A stretch of DNA of 64,000 nucleotides, from the NCBI GenBank assembly GCA_905178155.1, contig CAJINV010000015.1, forward strand, positions 1,666,538-1,730,537, in the 5' to 3' direction. The translations under genes and the position numbers were made by a program. Positions 60,301 to 64,000 of this stretch are shown piece after piece. How positions within the stretch are numbered: position 1 is the first letter of the stretch; the number at the start of each line of letters is the position of its first letter. This DNA is from Amoebophrya sp. A120 (taxonomy: Eukaryota > Protista > Dinoflagellata). Under the pieces are notes generated by a model. The model did not search any database and was not told the origin of the DNA. It saw only the letters and a list, made by a program, of their open reading frames with translations.

Positions 60301-63300
60301 GGATAAGGCAGCAGCAATCATGATCATCACGATCAGTTTGAGTGCATCCAGAGACGGCGCGGCAGCCTCGAGCGCGTCGTGGTAGCGGCCTCGTCGCCTA
60401 GCGACCTTCAGTACGTGGGCGAGGACAATACCACTACACATCTGCATGCCCAGCATCATGGATTTACTCTTGGTAGTAGTCAGCATCTACTGTTGGGAGG
60501 CACGAGCAAGCGCACCAGTCAAGGAGAGGCTTCCCTGGTCGTGTCCAATCATTCGGTAGGGTCGAGGTCTAGTGTGCGGTCCGGGACGGGGCCGGGGACG
60601 AATGGCACACTATCAAATGCAAAAATGTCTGGGTGTGGAAACAACTTGTGATGCTGGGTGGCGTATCATGAGGAGGCCACAAGTGCTGGCTCAGCATGAC
60701 AAGTTTCTGAGCTTCTTGGTGTTGCCTATTCTGCATGACAAACTGCGTTTCTGTATGACAGAAAAATGCGGGTCTTGCGACGTAATGTGCATGACAAATT
60801 TAAGAGTCATGTGAGACAAGCATGACAAACTTGCATTCTTCCAGACCCAGACATTTTTGCACTTGATACACGCACTGCGACGACAAAACGACAACCATTC
60901 TCCCGATTCAGCTGGGGCTGGTTGCTATGAAAGCCTCAGGTTGGAAATCCTCAAAGTGGAAATTACTATCTATTATATTCATGCGAAAGTAGAGGTCTAC
61001 AGAGGGTCGAAGAGAGGTGGCCGAGAGGTAAAAAAGAGGTCGACAGAGGTCAAAAAGAGGTCGACAGAGGTGGAGAGGTGGCGCGGGAGGTCATTCGAGA
61101 GGGTGGCCGAGAGGGTGCGCGAGTATAGCCCGCCGAAGGGCTCGCCCTAAGGCCGCGCCTATAGGGACCAGAGGGGGCCGAGAGGGTCCAGAGAGGGCAA
61201 GCGAGAGGTGGACAGAGGTGCCGGGAGGTTGCGCGAATAAGGGCGAACCTCTCGCGCACCCTCTGGGCCACCTCTCGGCCACCTCTGTAGACCTCTACCG
61301 GCGACGAGTATAGCCGGATTATTAGCAACACCTCTCGGGAGAGGTCAAAAAGAGGGTCTGCGAGAGGGTCAGAAAACCCCGAATCCGCCCGGCACGCGGC
61401 CGGTTTTGTTTGGGCCTTTTCATCGCGCAGGCCCGCACCCTCTCGCGCTACCCTCTCGCGCACCCTCTCGCGCACCCTCTCGCGCCACCCTCTCGCGCCA
61501 CCCTCTCGCGCTACCCTCTCGCGCTACCCTCTCGCGCTCCCCTCTCGTGCCAACCATTTCCGTCGGGAAGCAAATAGGGCGGGGGCGGGATGGTGATCAA
61601 AATAGGGCAGCGCGGCCCCCGTTCTGCTTCCTTCGGCACCTATGTCGAGGTGGCTTCTCTTCGCCCCCAAGCTTCGTTGCAGTTGCTCCCTGCGCATAGC
61701 GCCAGCAGGCGCGGGAAGCGCGCAGGAGGCCGCGCGGGCTGACATGGCGCAAACCGGCGCCAGTAGTTCCCTCGGTCTGTCACGCTGTGCCCAAAGACCC
61801 GGCGCTGCGGTCCGACCCGCGCATTGTCCTGCCCCGCCACAACAGCCTTGCGCCCCGGCGGCAGCCGGGGCATGGCTGGTATTTTGTAATGCAAAAAAAC
61901 GACTCCAGTTGAAGCGGCGTTTGTAGTCGGCGCATGACAAATTTCCCGGGTACTACTTAAAGCACGTCTGTCATGCAGGTTAAGGCAAAGAGGTGCCCTT
62001 CTGTCATGCTCAGTTGTAGCACGACAATGAATTCTTCACCCCTAGCAGGACAGTAGTCGGCCTCCATTGCGTCCTCTGCAATACAGTGCTTTTTGTCGTC
62101 GCACTTCATGCATCACAAACCAGTTCCACTTTGAGGATTTCCATTCTGAGGCTTTCATAGTTGCGTCCGACCGAAATTCGGTGTCGACCGGCCCGCGGTC
62201 TCGAAATATCCTACGTAAAAACGTACCCACCCCATAGTCAAGATGGGGAATCGGCTAGACAAATCCACAAGCTTTGGCTGTTTCGCATGACAAATGTGGA
62301 CGCGTAGTGTAGTGCTGTTTGAGCTAGTTCAGCAGCATTACAGATCTAGTCTTTCATGCTGATTAGAGGATAACAAATTTCCGAACACCATTAGAAAATG
62401 CTTCTCATGGGGCTCCGCATGAGAAACATTTTAAGCATGCAGATTTGCATGACAACTATGGTGTGAGGACGTTTTTACACAGGATACGAAAAATCTCCTC
62501 CTTATCCCAGGACGTGGTAAAGTCGCACGACTCGCAGCTGCACCAGACGGGTTCAGCGGCTGTGGACAGTAGACACCGGAACAGTACAAGAACCATGATC
62601 AAGCGGGGAAACAAGAATAAACAAGTCGGTAGTGGTCCAGGTCCATCATACACCTCGACTCCCGAACAAGAGCAATTTTCACCTGCTGGCGGAGGTACTG
62701 ATGAGCAACTGGAGATGTTGAACAGCGACGATGAAGACGAAGTAGACACTCCCTCCGGAACGACAAGTACTAAGAATCGCAGTTATATCTTCAAGAATCC
62801 TCTGTACCACCGAGAAAGGCTGGGCACGATCGATTCGCAGCTAGGGTTGCCCGGATACTTCCCCCCCACCGCTGGTCGCGAGACAGCTACCTCCAGTACT
62901 ATGGGCGACGAACAAGAAGATGTTGAAGATTCTTTTTCTGAAGAGCAAAGAAACCACTTCTATGATTTGGAAATTTTGAATAACCGGGCGAATGAACACC
63001 TACACGATGGCGAGGCCGACACCTATGGGAGTGACAGGACCGAAATCGACAAAATCGAAAAGTTTCATTTTGTAATGCATAAAATGTAGGGCACGCATGC
63101 CCTGTGTTGGGGACGACCACGCAAATGAGACCGAGCGCAACAAGCCTGTTTAGGTGAAGTAGACGATGCGCTGCCAGAGTAGCATGACAGGAGCAGTCTG
63201 CTTTGCCCAAACAGCATGACAGATCGGATTTTGGTGCTCTCGAAATTTGTCTTGCGCCGCGTGGAGACTGAGGCTCGAACTGGTATCAATTTTATGCATC

Positions 63301-64000
63301 ACAAATTATTTTGATTTTGTTGATTTGTTTGGTCCTGACAGTTCCATAACACTGATCCTTTGATTCCGCGACGGAATTCCTCGAGTGTGATGCGGAGCAG
63401 CAAGATATCAGAAAACCAAAGGAACTACAGCACTAGATCTTCAAATAAACGTGATAAAGGCGTCGATGCTGCTGGTAGTGCTGTCCTCGAGGGTCCTACA
63501 AAGAACAAAGAGGACCCCATGATATGCATCAACATGATCGACGAGCAAGATGAACAGAAAATTATCGCGGAAAATATCAAATGCAAAAATGTCTGGGTCT
63601 GGAAGCATGGAACTTGTAATGCTATTCCTACACTCCTGTAAAATCTGTATTGCATGACTAACAAAAACGCCCTCTTTGGTCATACAAAAGCGCAGTTTCT
63701 CATGCGGACTCAGTATGAGAGAGCGTTCTGGAATAAACTTGCCATGCTTGGTTGCATTGGCAAATATTTTACTCATCCACAGTTCTGCATCACAAGTTTC
63801 CAGACCCAGACTTTTTTGCATTTGATAGAAAAGCTGCACGAGCAAGACGAGGCAGCCGCGGACGATGTTTTTATCCTGTGCAAAAGTATCGTACTCGTAT
63901 TGCAGTCATGCATTACAAATCTTTGTTTTATGGTAAATCCGCATTACAAATTTTATCTCTCATGCTGAGGAAATTTGTAATGCATTTATACGAGTGCGAT
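45391..64000 (+). CDS. SulP/SLC26-family anion transporter, 3' end beyond window; 26 introners in the visible span
   Basis: [108 protein letters not shown]; long low-complexity inserts; continuity after 59 kb less certain. Confidence 0.88.
45459..45683. mobile_element. Introner family G
   Basis: TIR; DR CATAT/CACAA (decayed). Confidence 0.88.
45832..46061. mobile_element. Introner family G
   Basis: TIR; DR CGCGT. Confidence 0.92.
46112..46256. mobile_element. Introner family A
   Basis: TIR; DR AGCCG. Confidence 0.92.
46300..46559. mobile_element. Introner family B
   Basis: TIR; DR ACGGC. Confidence 0.93.
46753..46913. mobile_element. Introner family A
   Basis: TIR; DR CTGGC. Confidence 0.92.
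47006..47287. mobile_element. Introner family C
   Basis: TIR; DR CACTT. Confidence 0.9.
47393..47541. mobile_element. Introner family A
   Basis: TIR; DR CGGAA. Confidence 0.92.
47613..47897. mobile_element. Introner family B variant
   Basis: CAAATATTCCTGGATGTCTGGAAG / CTTCCAGACATCCAGGGATATTTG; DR TAGTG. Confidence 0.9.
47963..48263. mobile_element. Introner family A with nested 136-bp insert (48044-48179)
   Basis: DR TCCCT; internal 9-bp repeat TGTAATGCT at 48035 and 48180. Confidence 0.88.
48306..48570. mobile_element. Introner family B
   Basis: TIR; DR CCTCG. Confidence 0.92.
48737..49261. mobile_element. Introner family C with about 245 bp of foreign internal sequence
   Basis: TIR; DR ATTTC/ACTTC; about 48848-49090 unrelated to the family, includes a (GT)n tract. 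Confidence 0.85.
49317..49525. mobile_element. Introner family F
   Basis: TATGCACGAAAAAAACTGTGT / ACACAGTTTTTTTCGTGCATA; DR GGAAT/GGAGT. Confidence 0.93.
49649..49932. mobile_element. Introner family C
   Basis: TIR; DR TCCTG. Confidence 0.92.
50331..50352 (+). other. Complete dinoflagellate spliced leader (DinoSL) relic
   Basis: GCCGTAGCCATTTTGGCTCAAG = consensus DCCGTAGCCATTTTGGCTCAAG, 22/22; followed by AT, not the GT donor of an SL RNA gene. Confidence 0.95.
51629..54097 (+). CDS. Highly diverged reverse transcriptase-like protein (non-LTR type) with Thr/Ala/Pro-rich tail; ORF open from 51506
   Basis: RT-like motifs in the expected order: ADVDSHF/GHFDTL (3), GIVVQEGLS (4), LAHKDDL (5), CLQFFSKSKFEVI (6), KLVGFLFN (7), LRTILVWAYISSIL (thumb); assigned by eye only. 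Confidence 0.6.
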   Translation: MFCGITLQQKVNELTRSFLLACYCPRSRRLETHRIARAADALLLDLQDMHYSARTWTPYSCADVDSHFHDPDDPARCNLGHFDTLQATRARSFLQGIVVQEGLSEEAAADLLAVVDDKALCILAHKDDLDSGNLARIFATLKQVTEINSRHCLQFFSKSKFEVIAGSPYWGPDVSSSNLAKVWELAAKHLNPFCVTPVVSLKCKLVGFLFNTHSSQADVLYGQILARLKWSRIAAELVCKYLRYVNGVQLRTILVWAYISSILHLLVVGVRIFPESYWQELLFQMSWSIADMVGLSVETTKHYLEANCIPRHDIHKLIFSKQMLNLTDPRLLATKILRCGAAKWTAISGTASVAAYATAPVLMGADDKEKALGFSAEGLVTLREIQKADLYTQDVLRDVVGDSALCKSLATTTTDSVDAAGSNASALPSLFVNKSSSPSAAVRATVLVPLPSASGRLSSALNRNYDAPVTHAAPPAICNASGCCFFFRENDCDLAVLYRGKAAKTYHTSDHGEFSCPSLRSDVRFLSCVVRAMEDWLGDCAAGLLSTHLIVAGVSLSPSLRSTAIHRLFRSMIWRWAPGRVSIIYHKRGGALSPMMYSEAQAVSHRSDILDLPNRGAGVVWPIRTLSLPFDFKTNDEKLSLQHFRNRVNARCKPKTTAATTGGGTLGASSTNTTTGGETLVSGADPSTGTQNTACGLPIPTVADPMPVENVTCTQQAPTGSAMTFPTAPRPAMPAIAAPPTMDSQLSNTGEQVPLVTCKPATSLPTQSSRRGKQDTAAANSTKRAVTTNVTVSPEAKSRRKGKKNTTGTGRSTVVPHVTATQ
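55666..56133 (+). repeat. Degenerate direct repeat of about 135 bp inside the retroelement 3' region (55666-55804, 56003-56133)
   Basis: GTGTGCGACC..TTCCGGCGCA..CGGATCCATGTT.TACATCA...GAGCCACCGGCTTG in both. Confidence 0.8.
57484..57795. mobile_element. Introner family H
   Basis: TATGACACCCTCAGAATGGAAATCCTCAAAGTGGAAATAA / TTATTTCCACTTTGAGGATTTCCAACCTGAGGCTTTCATA; DR CCTCT. Confidence 0.93.
58426..58585. mobile_element. Introner family A
   Basis: TIR; DR GCTGG. Confidence 0.93.
58627..58879. mobile_element. Introner family B
   Basis: TIR; DR TCTCC. Confidence 0.93.
59496..59655. mobile_element. Introner family A
   Basis: TIR; DR AGCAG. Confidence 0.92.
59713..59964. mobile_element. Introner family B
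   Basis: TIR; DR TCCCT. Confidence 0.93.
60027..60305. mobile_element. Introner family C
   Basis: TIR; DR AGGCA. Confidence 0.93.
60611..60868. mobile_element. Introner family B
   Basis: TIR; DR CACAC/CACGC. Confidence 0.92.
60926..62159. mobile_element. Introner family H (reverse orientation) with a nested GC-rich insert of about 0.92 kb (about 60964-61880)
   Basis: TATGAAAGCCTCAG...CTGAGGCTTTCATA; DR GTTGC; family sequence breaks after GTGGAAAT and resumes at TTTGTAATGCAAAA. Confidence 0.88.
60988..61546. repeat. AGAGG(G/T) arrays facing complementary CCCTCTCGCG tandem arrays
   Basis: AGAGGTC/GAGAGGG units 60988-61220; about 8 CCCTCTCGCG(C) units 61438-61546. Confidence 0.8.
62207..62486. 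mobile_element. Introner family C (reverse complement of the 4019-4298 type)
   Basis: TIR; DR CGAAA. Confidence 0.93.
63024..63348. mobile_element. Introner family D
   Basis: Degenerate TIR; DR ACACC/ACACT. Confidence 0.88.
63575..63827. mobile_element. Introner family B
   Basis: TIR; DR GAAAA. Confidence 0.93.
63872..64000. mobile_element. Introner family A, cut by window end
   Basis: TATCCTGTGCAAAAGTATCGTACTCGTA plus family A body. Confidence 0.9.

Overview
Eukaryotic genomic DNA, most likely from a syndinian dinoflagellate such as Amoebophrya. This is inferred from a perfect dinoflagellate spliced-leader sequence, one-strand gene order and invasive non-canonical introns. All host genes I can reconstruct lie on the + strand: sterol desaturase-like (partial), PDZ-like hypothetical, dinoflagellate coiled-coil protein, two hypotheticals, TPR protein, U-box protein, small hypothetical, ABCF, TRAPPC2/sedlin, bL32-like, and a SulP/SLC26 transporter running off the end. 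They are interrupted by about 70 MITE-like introner elements of about 9 families. These typically begin TAT and end ATA, carry terminal inverted repeats (TIRs) and are flanked by a 5-bp direct repeat (DR). Removing element plus one DR restores the reading frame wherever I checked, in either element orientation and without needing GT-AG. The most notable new-looking layer is a second class of element nested inside the introners. A 7.06-kb insertion starts with a full spliced leader, has an 18-bp target-site duplication (TSD) and encodes a highly diverged non-LTR reverse-transcriptase-like ORF (HKDD instead of YADD). A 1.6-kb non-coding insertion starts with a truncated spliced leader and has a 22-bp TSD. 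These and smaller nested inserts land on the GCATNACAAA motif shared by the introner families. All coordinates were read by eye and family letters A-I are my own labels.
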